DNA of 55,266 nucleotides, the filler included, from Sphacelaria rigidula (lineage: Eukaryota), in assembly GCA_964200075.2 (NCBI GenBank). It is 6 parts of 6 records of this genome, joined end to end, with 100 filler letters (N's around TTAATTAATTAA, not from the genome) between each part and the next. Parts side by side here need not be neighbours in the genome. Positions count along the whole stretch, not along the records: positions 18,458 to 27,585 come from CAXNAA020009235.1; positions 27,686 to 36,813 come from CAXNAA020009236.1; positions 36,914 to 46,040 come from CAXNAA020009237.1; 3 more parts are not named here. One strand, written 5' to 3'. Shown piece by piece: positions 26,001 to 37,710 of the stretch; positions within the stretch are counted from its first letter, which is position 1; the number at the start of each line of letters is the position of its first letter. A model generated the notes under the pieces. That model made no database searches, was not told the DNA's origin, and saw nothing but the letters and a program-made list of their open reading frames with translations. A program made the position numbers and the translations under genes.

Positions 26001-27585
26001 CTGGTCGGAACGAACTTCAGGGACTGTCTATTGTTGAACGGGTTGGGGCGAACACAGGAATCAAGACTTTCAGCTTCCCACTACGAAGTAACCCAGGCCA
26101 TTATGCACACGCGTGCAGGAATTTGCCCTCTAATGCACATGGATGTTTGGGTCATGGAGTAAAGCACCACACTCACGGCGACCGCAGTGTATTGTCGCCC
26201 TGTCGACACCACGTACGACCCCGCAAGCCAGTTTTGCAACCCGATCGTCAACCGTCACTCTTGGATTGATCAATGAGTAGGTGAGTACGTGCTGCATTCT
26301 ACTGGAACAAAGCTATTCGATGTTGTTGTCTCACCACTGCAGACAGAGCAACCAAAGCGCTCCTGTCCTGTACTTGAGAGGTAGCAGCAGCAGCAGCGGC
26401 GGCGGCGACGGCGGCGGCGGCGGTGGTAGCGGCAGTATTGGCAAAAGTAGTGTGCTGCGGAACTGGCCCTTCACGGGTTGGCTCACACAGTCGACTGTAC
26501 ACCCAAGGTACTCGACTGTCAAGCACTGAAGGACTTTTTGCTGCTCAGGCGAATGCGCAGAAATTAGGCGGAAAATTATGTGCCATTTTCTAATTGAGGT
26601 CGGAATAAATTTCGTTCGTATTGCACTCCAGTGCCACCACGGATTCGGTAGATCGAGCTAATGTAGCGGACAACAATAGTGAAGGATCGCATTTTTGGGT
26701 TATTATCTATTGCATTGAAGTGCACCGCCTGGTCCTTGCCTGGTACCACGCAAGTACCATGCTGGTTCACTGGAAAGAAAATCACCAAACTCACGTTGTA
26801 TATCTACACGCGGTAGCTTACGGTACTCCGGCTGCTTGTCTATGGCGCGTTGAATTACACTGTCTGTGTCCTACCTGCATACTGCTGTGTGGTCACTACT
26901 CCTATTGAATGGACCGCTTCCATGACGCACTGTTGATCGTGTCTCATCTGTACTGCTTACGGTATAATGCATCGTAATCTAAAGCCAGTAAAGAATGGGG
27001 ATGTAGAATGTCGGAATATTCAGCGACGTGCATACATACACCTTCTTCGCAGCTTGACGACAGCCGACGAAAATGTTCGTGAACGAATTTTCCCCCTTTA
27101 AATTATCACACCCATGAAGGCACTGCATTTTTCGGGCAAGCTATATCTATCGTGAGGGGACTGCCTGAGTTATGCGTCTAGGGTGAGTACGAGTACAGTG
27201 TGTTGTGTGTGTGTGTGTTGTCCCATTTACTCTGGGCACGAATTGGCATACTTACAATAACAGTGCTGCAGACGGTCGCCATTCAAACCAACACTTAAAC
27301 ACTTGGCATGTGTTCCCTTCGTCTACGTGGAAATCTACTGTGCCATATCGCCAGTGCAATGCAATGGCGGGCTCTTGGAAGGGCATAGTAAGACATGACG
27401 AGTATTCGCTACGTATTATAATATGGTGCAGACAAGTATAAGCATAGAATAGGGTGTACAATTGTTTCATTATTCGTCATCCTCCAACAGCCAGTGATCA
27501 GTTGTGATTCCAAGGGGCCCTACAGACTGGAAAACGGTGTTCACCCCCCCAATTTCCCGAAAACCTCATTCTGGGCGACCGGGGG

Positions 27586-27685
27586 NNNNNNNNNNNNNNN
27601 NNNNNNNNNNNNNNNNNNNNNNNNNNNNNTTAATTAATTAANNNNNNNNNNNNNNNNNNNNNNNNNNNNNNNNNNNNNNNNNNNN
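27586..27685. other. Artificial 100-bp contig linker
   Basis: Identical structure to 9130-9229. Confidence 0.97.
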
Positions 27686-30600
27686 TTTTGGTTGAGCATT
27701 GGGTGCTCGAGCCATATAGCTCTAGACTCTACCGAACATGGGGTCCTGAACAGTCCGCAGCTTTTGACCACATCAAGCGTGTGTTAACCACTGCACCAGT
27801 CTTCAAATTTACGGATTTCACAAAAGAGTTTGTTGTACACACAGACGCCTCAGAGGTTGCTATGGGTGGTTTCCTTGGGAACACCACCTCAAACTCTCAG
27901 TCCCTCGATGGTGTTAGTATCATCGCGTATTTTAGTAGACGCTTTTCCAGGTCTCAGCGTCACTATAGCCCTACAAACAAAGAATGTTGCGGCGTAGTCT
28001 CCACGCTCATGCATTTTCGTCCGTATTTATGGGGTAAACATTTTACGGTCTACACGGATCATCAAGCTCTGTGTCGTCCGTCTCTTTCAGATGCAGGACA
28101 CCAGTAGCATGCTGACCCGTTGGTCGATTCAAATGCAAAGTTTTGACTTTACAGTGAAGCATGTCCCGGGTAAATTAAATGTTGTACCCGATGCGTTGTC
28201 ACATTTGTTTGGCGATACAAACGGTGAGGATGTTGTCACAATACCTCGCCTAGCGGCAATTTGTCGGAATGTCCCCGACGATCAACCGTATCATTTACCG
28301 TCACCTCGTGAGTTTGAGGTCTCAGCTCACAACCTGAATGATACCGCCACCGTTGAAAGTGATCGCGACCTATTCGCGAGCGCTGTGTCAGTATTACCCC
28401 TTGTTGATCCTGACAGTTCACCGCCCAACAGGAAGCAGAGTACAGCCGTTGTTTTGCATACCTGCGTAACCCAGAGTCTAGTCCACTCCCACGTAAAGAA
28501 ACCAAGAGCACAATGAGTCATTTTTTCCTTCTGGAAGGACGGCTTTTCAGGTTATACCTACCGGGTAACTTGCGTAAACGATCAGATTTCCGCAATCAGT
28601 TGGTAGTTCCCACCACATTTCGGTCGTTAGTAATTAACGCATGTCATGATTTTCCTGCGTCAGGTGGTCACTTGGCCTTCAAAGCCACTGTTGACCGGAT
28701 TAGGGACGGCTATTGGTGGCCTTCTATCCATGCCGATGTTCAGCGTCATATTGATCATTGTCAGTCTTATCAACACCGTAAAATGTCTCGCCGCCCACCT
28801 CAGCTCCCCGTGGGACATTGGGAAGTCACCCGCGTATTTCAGTGTGTAGCAGTATACTTGGTCGAGTATAAAACCCTCTCTCGAAGTAACCGCTACATCA
28901 TGTCTGGTATCAACCATTTAACACGGTTCGTCGTTCTGATAGCAGTGCCTGATAAACTCGCGATCACTGTCGCCCGTCAGCTAGCCACACGTGTTATCTC
29001 TGTCTTTGGTCCACCTGAGACCTTACATTCCGATCTCGGAAGGGAGTTCGAAAACCAACTTGTCAATGAACTCCAAACTGTCTTTGGGTACAAGAAAACT
29101 CGTACCTCTGCCTACCGTCCCCAAGGCAACTCTGTTCTCGAGCGTGTTCATAGTACCGTACACAACATGCTCGCAATGTACAATGATATTGCGTGTCGCA
29201 ATTGGGCTGATTTTCTGCCCTTCATACAACTCGCTCATAATACTGCCTACTCTACCACACTGCAAGAAACGCCGCACTTTCTCATGTATGGCCGCCCTGC
29301 AGTGTTGGCGGTAGATGCCATTCTCGGTGTCCCGTCGACATCGGCTCTACAGTCTTCGTTGGAGTATACTATGCAGACCGTCGAGCGGTTACAACTCGCG
29401 TATGAGTCAGCCCGGCGTAATCTTAAAGAGCGAGCTGATTCACAAGCATCCGTCGATGCTAAGTTGTTGTTTCCCCAGTTCAAAATGGGAGAGCAAGTTC
29501 TGCTCCACCGTCCGTACACTACAACTGATGGACCTAACCCTAAGCTCGTTAGCCCATGGCGTGGTCCTTACGCTGTCTGTACTCAGTTGTCTCCCGTCCT
29601 TTACCGCGTCAGTATAGATGGTGAGATGTCTCAGGTCACTGTTCATCTCGGAAGGTTGAAAAAATACCGCCCGCCCTCGACTCGTCCGTCCCCGATCTCT
29701 CAGATCTCGATGACTTGCTTTTAGGTACAAAGTTGCCAGTCCCCGACCTCGACGGTTCCCTCAATGTAGTCAAGCTGGTTCCCTACACGGTCAAAGGCAT
29801 CGGCGGTCACAAGCGCGGAGTTGGCAGCGCGTGGTCGACAAATTACCAGTACCACCTTTTGTTGAAGGGTCATCCACCAGCGATGGGAGTTTGGAAGCAT
29901 CATAGAGAAGTTCCGTAGTGCCGGGAAATTATAGAGTCGTACCGGGCAGTCACTTTGTCGGCGGACCCATCTGCGTTTGATGCTCCCCGTACAGTAAAGA
30001 AGTAGCAGCGCCGTGATTGCTACCAGTAGCCGTCAGTTTTCCCTTGTATGTTTTTGGCAAGTTGTCGTCCCGTCTTTTTGTGCCGTTCGTATATACTAGT
30101 TATAGCGGCATGTATCCTTGCCACTGGTGTTTCATACACCTTGTCTAGTCTTCGCCGTTGCGAACCACGTCGAACATGGTTTACCGTGTCTTGTGTGTGT
30201 CAACTAAGGTGATATACCGCACCCTCAGTTAGGGCGTGGGTGTACATATATCTTCTTGTATACCGTCCGCTTTGTCGGGCCGACTGTCCACGTCCACCGT
30301 CGTGCGCCGACAGTCATGTGTCGCTTTCCTGGGGGTTTGGCCGAAGGGGTGATGCAGCAGTTATAGGTAGTCGATCAATCTCGCTACCACGTCTACGTCC
30401 TCGAGAGTTTTTCCTTTAAAAGCGTTGAATTTTCATCTCTTGTCACACTTTTCATGTAAGTCACATGGAGTACGACCTTGTTGTATTCATTCATTCTTTT
30501 TCTCGTTTAGTCTCGCCACTGATGATTTTTTTCGTGTTTTTTTTTTTGTTTGTTCATGTACCTCGTACACTCAAGTACCGTGAGCATTTGGGTATACCCG

Positions 30601-30702
30601 TTCATTTTTGTCCTGTGTTCTCGTTGAAAACAAATATGGCTTTATTTTGGTAATGTGTCTGGTAAGGAATAGCAGGGACGGTATTGGAAAGGCGAGCCTA
30701 CG
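27686..30702 (+). mobile_element. Degenerate Ty3/Gypsy LTR retrotransposon, 3' part (RNase H, integrase, chromodomain-like tail, probable PPT and start of 3' LTR near 30350)
   Basis: RNase H motifs FVVHTDAS, RHYSPTNKEC and FTVYTDHQAL (27688-28100). Integrase zinc-binding region H..GGH..YWWP..CQSY, core HSDLGREFEN and YRPQGNSVLERVH, and a GPY motif (WRGPY) in ORF 28513-29724. RH-before-INT order is the Gypsy arrangement. Frameshifts near 28080, 28430 and 29700. A purine tract gaagggg is followed by TG at 30350. Confidence 0.9.
28513..29724 (+). pseudogene. Gypsy integrase reading frame, inactivated
   Basis: A 403-aa open stretch with rve-like and GPY/F motifs. The first catalytic Asp reads as Tyr (VAVYLV) and the CxxC reads CQSY. 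Frameshifts flank it. Confidence 0.85.
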
Positions 30703-30756
30703 NNNNNNNNNNTACGTCTGTGACCACGGCTTCGCGAGATCGGACTAATGTGCGGA

Positions 30757-30786
<30 letters not shown>
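30757..30786 (+). repeat. (AAT)n microsatellite
   Basis: About 10 copies. Confidence 0.9.
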
Positions 30787-30787
<1 letters not shown>

Positions 30788-31640
30788 GCCGTCACAGAGT
30801 CGAGTGGTTCGTCGTTTCCGTATTAATTTCGTTGGTGAATCCTGAATTTTACTTCCCCGGATGTCAACGCCGGTACGCTTCGTCATCATGTGGTGGGTTC
30901 AGTGAAAATATTAACACATGTTCATCTTTTCGGGCTCGAAAGATGGGGAACAACCACCAACCTCGCACCACTGATGGATTAAGACCCCAGTTGGTTGCAA
31001 TGTTGCGTGCACGTTCACCCCTTTACCACTTTTTACTCACTCTTACCCCATGAAACTAACAAGTTGAAATCTGATTCTCGATCTTGGACTTTCGAATAAT
31101 CAAAATGGTCGGTATTACACACCTGTTGGATTAATACCCCAGGTGGTTGTACCAGAAAACACCAACATTTTCTCCAATATTCATCATCGTACGTTCCACT
31201 GATGCATTGATCACTGGGCAAACAAGATGAACGCTGTTGGATTAAGACCCATGACATGATGTACAAGACGTATGTGCAAACACCACCCCGTTCCTCCCGT
31301 GTGTTTTTTTCTTTTCTTCGTGACTTATTGGCGACGGAACATTTCAGAACAGGTTTTTTGGAACTAAATCGCCAATAACTCATGGAGAAGAAGAAAGACA
31401 TGGAAGGAAAGGTTCGGTATTCGCACATACGTCCTGTACATCGTATCAAAGTTTAATCGAAAAGAGCTTGAAATCGGACAGCATAAATGCGTTTGAATCC
31501 AAACACGGGGGAGATTTTCGGGGTCTTTGCATGTACGTCCTGTACATCGTGGCAAAGTTTCATAGAAAACTATCCAAAATTGAGCTCAAGACTCGCGTGT
31601 CAAGATTCCTGTGCGAATCTTCGGCGGTCCAGCCTGTATA

Positions 31641-31807
31641 GGATTTGTACAGCATAAGAAGCTGTTCGAAATAAATCCTTTTTTAGCCCAATTTATTTGC
31701 ACGTATGGGATTTGTACAGCATAAGAAGCTGTTCGAAATAAATCCTTTTTTAGCCCAATTTATTTGCACGTATGGGATTTGTACAGCAGAAGAAGCTGTT
31801 CGAAATA
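31641..31807 (+). repeat. 67-bp tandem repeat, about 2.5 copies
   Basis: ggatttgtacagcataagaagctgttcgaaataaatcc... starts at 31641, 31708 and 31775. Confidence 0.9.
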
Positions 31808-32673
31808 TATCTACAGATTTTGAAGCAAAGTCATTCGGAATTTTCAAATTGCGAGTGCCTCTCCATCGGGTTGCTTACAGTTTGTCGAGAAAAACGCTGC
31901 ACAAAATGTTGGTAGAGGTACAGGGGTTTGCAAATGCCGTACAGGAGTTCTCACGAAGACTGCGAAGAACCCTGTGCAGCACGTCCTACAGGGTGCTAAT
32001 TGTCCACGTGTGATCTACACAAATTCCAGAAGGGTTTGGTAAAACTATCTGACCGTGGTTTTATGCGTCTGATCGAACCCAAAGCGAGCGCTTTCCTCCA
32101 GAGAGTGCAGAGTTTTTCCCAGTGCAAGGCCTTGCGGGTGCTGAGCATTTTAACTCCGTCCAACTCAACCAAGCCAATCTAATGCCCATGCGATGGTGGA
32201 AGCGGGGAGATTGCCGGCCTGCGATGCCAAACGTTGTCACTCCGTGACTGGTGCCTTGTGATTCGGCTGACAGTTGCGACTTAAGTCCCACGTTGTTTTT
32301 TACATACAGTATATCGATTGTGGGCTACCTGCGATGGTGGTGATGGGTACAGTACATCCTCCTCCTCACTATCCTGAGTTTGAAAGCTGCACTACTTTAC
32401 TCACCTGCTTTTGATCTCAGCCAGTGCACCGTCAGGGATAGTCAAATCGCCCAAAAGGCACCCTCGACTCCTTTCTTGTTTTTGCGTTCAACGGGACTTC
32501 GTTCCCCCATTAACATTTCCTCCCTATTTTTCAGGATCCCGTGTTCAACAATGTTTTCGTGAGATGGTGAGATGGAGAGTCTTGCGTTGATTGAAATCAA
32601 GTTTTATAATGCGCTCTCACTTGACCAATTATTCATCTAGTGTGTGCCTCTCTTTTCCTGTAACATGTTTGAG

Positions 32674-33026
32674 TGTTTGTAGCTTCGTGACCCCGTGAGA
32701 GGATGAGGTGCAGACTCAACTCAGATTGTCGATCAATGAACACGACTGCGATAGTCGATCAATGGACACGGCTGACTGCCGATCAAGATGGGGTAGAAAA
32801 GTACATAAAGCTTTGTTGATGAAGAGGGAAGGAAGGGGAGTGGGCCCCATGGGCGCCAAAGTCTCAACATGTGACAAGCACCACTCACGTACGTCTAGTC
32901 GCCGACATCACAATATAAAGTCATCCTGAAAAGTACCCGAAACTCAAAACAGGTATATCACTAGACTGTTGTACCTTACCCTGACTAGGTGTATCTTACT
33001 GACCACCGCAGGCCATCCTACAAACA
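32674..33026 (-). repeat. 3' LTR of the Copia-like element
   Basis: Direct repeat of 36174-36526 with TG...CA inverted termini. Confidence 0.85.
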
Positions 33027-36000
33027 CCACCCCATAGACTGCGCGTGTCAAAAGTAAGGCTCATGGACCATACTTAGTGAACAGAGCTTTCCACCGAAAA
33101 AGAACTCTTCCGCTCACGGCGCATTCAACAGGTGCATCCTCTCAAAAATGGGTTCCATCACAACCGTAAAACAACCGCAAATCCCGAAACTCGTCACTTC
33201 TTCCAACGACTATGGGACCAGCCAAGAATCCAATACATCGGTACATTTCTTTTTACACCAAGACAAAAAAAAACAGGGATGGATGAGCTGTGTGTTTTAC
33301 CACATTGTAGCTCCTGATGGTCAACCCAAGCGAAACGCAAGTCAAATTCTTCAACTGTACTAGCCCATGCCCCTTACAATAGCGTGGGTGGTCGTACTTA
33401 GCATTCGAGTAACCTGCACTACGCACGCGAGACCAAGCTCCTAGGTAACATATATGAACCCACACAACACAGTGCAGTTGACAACTTTCGAAACTCAATT
33501 CACATGTTGCAAAATCCACTTCACAGTCAGTCAGCTGCCTACAGTACAAGAATCAAATTTCAAAATTCAAATTCAGCAATCCATACTACAGTAGTGCCTA
33601 CGTCATCAAGCCAAACTAGACACTCACTACATCTACTTAACCCCTTATTCCCCCTCGGTGACCGGCGGAGCAAAGCAGCTCAACGCCTCCAGACAAAACA
33701 CACGATCAGCATCAGCCCCCCCCCATTCTTGCTAATCAAAGTCTTTCCCCCCCCGCTTCTAGGCCACGGGGAAGGAGTGCTGCATTCATCATCCTTCCCC
33801 CGTAGCAGGGAGATTTACAGCAAGGGTTTGATCTTGATCCTGGTCGATCACCACCCTCCAAAACCAACCGTCACGTCATGCTCGTCTCAGCCTTACTGAC
33901 AGCACCTGTGTCGGGCAAAAATGGTTTTTGGAGGCTCAGCGTCCCACATATCGTGCAGACCCGAGGGAAATGGGCAGTGGGACAACAGAAGGGAAAATTA
34001 TTAATATCCATGTTACTCAGGTGCGTCAATCACCCACCGATGAACGTACTTTTACCACGTACCGTACTGTGGTGTCGCGTTACGTTAGTAGCGAACGCAC
34101 ACCCACATATTATACCCGGATTCATCACTATTATTTCAACTCTTCACTTCTCGTTCTCATAGCATACATGGATCAAACGGCAGTTCGGCCGCTATCATCC
34201 TGGTTGCATGAAACAGTACACTTTGCCTTTCACATGCCGTGCCAACATGTGTAAACCTATATGGAATTCGCCTGGCCAACCAACCGAGCAACGACCAGCT
34301 CCCATATGGGTGATACAATGCACTCTTCTTTTGTCATGCTGTGCACATGAACCGCATCTCGCTCATAACGTCAGCTCTATCTATTGGCCATCAAATGTGT
34401 GTCACATGCGTTTTACTGACCTGTAGCACAGGAATTTCGTTTGTGCCCACAGTCACTCTTCCGAAATTATCATGATTAGGCCAAGCTACTTGTATTGCGC
34501 TATACTCAGTCCTTGCTCCTACCATAAGAACGAAGTCTTATCAACCAATCCAGTCAAGAAGCCGATGCCTCGCGAATCGTACACCTCTCGGAATGATAAC
34601 AATTTTTTCACTTAGATGTCGAGTTTCGGAACCCACCCCAAATTTTGTGGTCTCAACCATCATTCATCCGCATACCCCTCTGCGGAACACTTTACCGACA
34701 TCATCCTCTAGTCTAGTCAGACAGTGGTGCTCCATGTGCCTGTACTCACCAAGGCGACGAACAAGGTTCCACCTCAACTGATCGAGTAAGGGTTTGGTGC
34801 CCCACAGTCCTGCGCTCATCGGGGTGGCAACAATGTTACACATGAGCGTTGAGATTCGGCATCCATGTCAAAACATGTGCTCAACACTCTTCACGCACAT
34901 CACTCTGTGCAATTTTACCGACAATGTTCCACAGTCAAGTCAAGTCGCGGTGCCCCGCTCTCCTCACACTTACAAAAACGGCAGACAATTTCCTATTCAT
35001 CAATCGAGTCAAACAAACGCGCAAAGTAAGTCTGCACTCATCGAGACAGAAATTTGTCAAACATCAACACTGAGTTTCGGTGTCGATATCACAAATATGA
35101 TCTCAGCATTGTCCAGAGATATCCAACATCTCGATCCACCTGGGCAACAACCTTTCCTTAGGTACATGAATCGCTATCTGCATGACGGTCACGAACACTC
35201 AAAACATAAAAATAAAGGGGTATTCGAGTCATGCATGGGTCTCATGCCATCATTTTTCAAAAGGCTTCTGCGTCCGCTTCCGAACATACTGAAGAATCGG
35301 TACTACCCGACAACCCTACTGCCATCGCTATATCTTCGTTTTCTCCTGTATTACAGTCCTGATAAGAGTGTCCCTTTTTTTCGCATCTCATACAATGTCG
35401 TTGCAGACAGTCACGCGCGAAGTGTGTTGTTTGCTTCCTGCAAATCCAACATCGCATCTCCTTCGCAGAAACATTTTCACGCCCGTCTAGTTTTGAATCC
35501 TCCGTATCTCCCGAGGTCCCTTGTAAATTCGTAAATTCCTTTTTCGACTTGCCTTGTCACTTCACGGGGGTCCTGGCCAGTTTCCTGTGTCATACGAAAA
35601 TATTTCCCGTCTTTCACGTGAGGCGCTTATGAAAACTGCGGCACTAACTTGTGTCAGGGCATCATCATCACGGAACAACGACCAATTTTTCTACTTGCTG
35701 TCAAACTTCTCATCGAATCTTTCATCAACACGAAAACAACTCTCCACGCCTAGATGAGGGTAGTAAGCCGGGGACTCCTCGTTCGTACTTACATGGGCGG
35801 ATCCATCGTCCGTCGATCCTCTGAGAGGGCCTGATACAATCCCTACACCACGTGGTGACCGGACCCTCCCTGTTCCGGCACCGGCGACGGTGTGCCTTCC
35901 GTTGCCTGCCTCCCCCTCCTCGTCCGCTGCCGTTCCGGGGCCAGTGGACGATGTCCCGCGCACTAACTGGGACACCATCATCGTCTTCAGCACCGCCAGC

Positions 36001-36173
36001 TGCTCGGTGATATCCGTCACCGATTCTTGCAAGCTGGCGACATTCTCTTTCACCTCCAGCATCTGTGTTGGAGACGATGTGTCTCCCACGACGGCCGAGT
36101 TCTTTCCGCAGTGCTCCAGTCCGCCATCGGTCCCTTGGTCACAAAGCCCCCAAGTTGGGTAAAGGCTCTAGAG

Positions 36174-36526
36174 TGTTTGTAGCTTCGTGACCCCGTGAGA
36201 GGATGGGGTGCAGACTCGACTCAGATAGTCGATCAATGGACAAGACTGCGATAGTCGATCAATGGACACGGCTGACTGCCGATCAAGATGAGGTAGAAAT
36301 GTATATAACGCTTTGTGGATGAAGAGGGAAGGATGGGGAGTGGGCCCAGTAGGCGCCAAAGTCTCAACATGTGACAAGCACCACTCACGTATGTCTAGTC
36401 GCCAACATCACAATATAAAGTCATCCTGCACAGTACCCGGAACTCAAATCAGGTATATCACTAGACTGTTGTACCTTACCCTGACGAGGTGTATCTTATT
36501 GACCACCCCAGGCCATCCTACGAAAA
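36174..36526 (-). repeat. 5' LTR of the Copia-like element
   Basis: Direct repeat of 32674-33026 at an offset of exactly 3500 bp. Confidence 0.85.
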
Positions 36527-36632
36527 CCTCTTCTTCACACCTCCGACCCACATTTATTTTTGGTTGGGGAGTCGCATGACAGCAACAACACAGCAGCAGA
36601 CAGGGGCCTGTCTTACTACATTACACTGCATT

Positions 36633-36813
36633 CGTGTGTGTGTTGTCCCTTTTATTCTGGGCACCAGTCTACACCTTTCGGTATATGTGGGCGCATCAGC
36701 CAGGGTCACACAGGGGGAAGGTCGACACAGGAGTTTTTTTTTTTTAAATACCCCACGTTCCTTCTGCGGTGCCCGCCTTTTTTCTTCGCGAGAGGGGTTC
36801 AGCAGTCCCTTTT
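36633..36813 (-). mobile_element. SINE body and tail copy
   Basis: Matches 3220-3415. Confidence 0.7.
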
Positions 36814-36913
36814 NNNNNNNNNNNNNNNNNNNNNNNNNNNNNNNNNNNNNNNNNNNNTTAATTAATTAANNNNNNNNNNNNNNNNNNNNNNNNNNNNNNN
36901 NNNNNNNNNNNNN
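36814..36913. other. Artificial 100-bp contig linker
   Basis: Identical structure to 9130-9229. Confidence 0.97.
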
Positions 36914-37710
36914 GGGGTTCGGTGTCGTGTTTGTGGAACCCTGCCTCCCCCTACGGCGGGGGCGGCGGCGATGTCAATCGTTTTTTTTTTTCCTACTGGA
37001 GCCCCTTTTTTTTTCTTCCTTTTCTTAGAGAGGTATACGCATGATCATGCATGACGTTGTCATGTGACCATTGACCTCACATCCCTACAAAACCGGTACG
37101 GAAAACGCCGGGTTTTTGCCGGACCGGGCTGGCAATCAATCACGAAGCGCGAAGCGCCGTGAGGGGGGGTGTACTCATATGATGGATTTTGGCAAGGCAG
37201 CAGCTTTTGTTCGGACGCGCAGTCGGAGGGAACCGTGAATGATTCATATATATTATATTATTGTTCCGCGAAATTCGAAGTTCGAATTTCGCCGTTATCG
37301 GGAAGGTGCATTGCTGAACCTGATTCCGATTTGTCTCTCGTTTTTGCTATTTGTTTCGCTGGATGTCATTTACATCGAAATCTCAACCCCAGTTCATCTA
37401 CCTCGATCGCATTTTTTATTTTTTTGTCATTATGAAGAAGCTGTAGTGATCCCAGTTATTTGCCGCGCTCAGGTTTCTTTTTTTTTGTTCGAGTCTTTTA
37501 TTTTTTTCTTTAATGAAACTAGTTCATTTTTGTGTTGAGGTTTTTTCCTCCCAGCTCAGTAGTAGAGCCGCTGGACGTGACCCGCCCCCTCCCCCCACCT
37601 TCGTTCTCCGTGTGCTTGATAACACAAAGTATTCACTTGTTTATTGTATTATAATAGCTATTGTTTGACACGGGTCTTGTTACTTTTGCATTTCGTTTGT
37701 ATTTTCGCAG

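Larger units (their letters stand above)
32674..36526 (-). mobile_element. Decayed LTR retrotransposon, Copia-like, with both LTRs
   Basis: Direct repeats 32674-33026 and 36174-36526 (353 bp, about 25 mismatches by hand count). The left copy has TGTTTGTAG...CTACAAACA ends and a G-rich PPT-like tract beside it (33027-33034). On minus there is a gag-like start (36089) and twin zinc knuckles CWICRKQTTHFARDC / CMRCEKKGHSYQDC (35350-35457). Fragmentary RT-like residues (PY-ELV) lie near 34300. Confidence 0.8.

Noticed and set aside
31641..31807. CRISPR-like array
   Set aside because: It is a head-to-tail tandem repeat without unique spacers, in eukaryotic DNA with no cas genes.
34794..35534. 246-aa plus-strand ORF
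   Set aside because: It is antisense to the decayed gag-pol of the LTR element and has no motifs.
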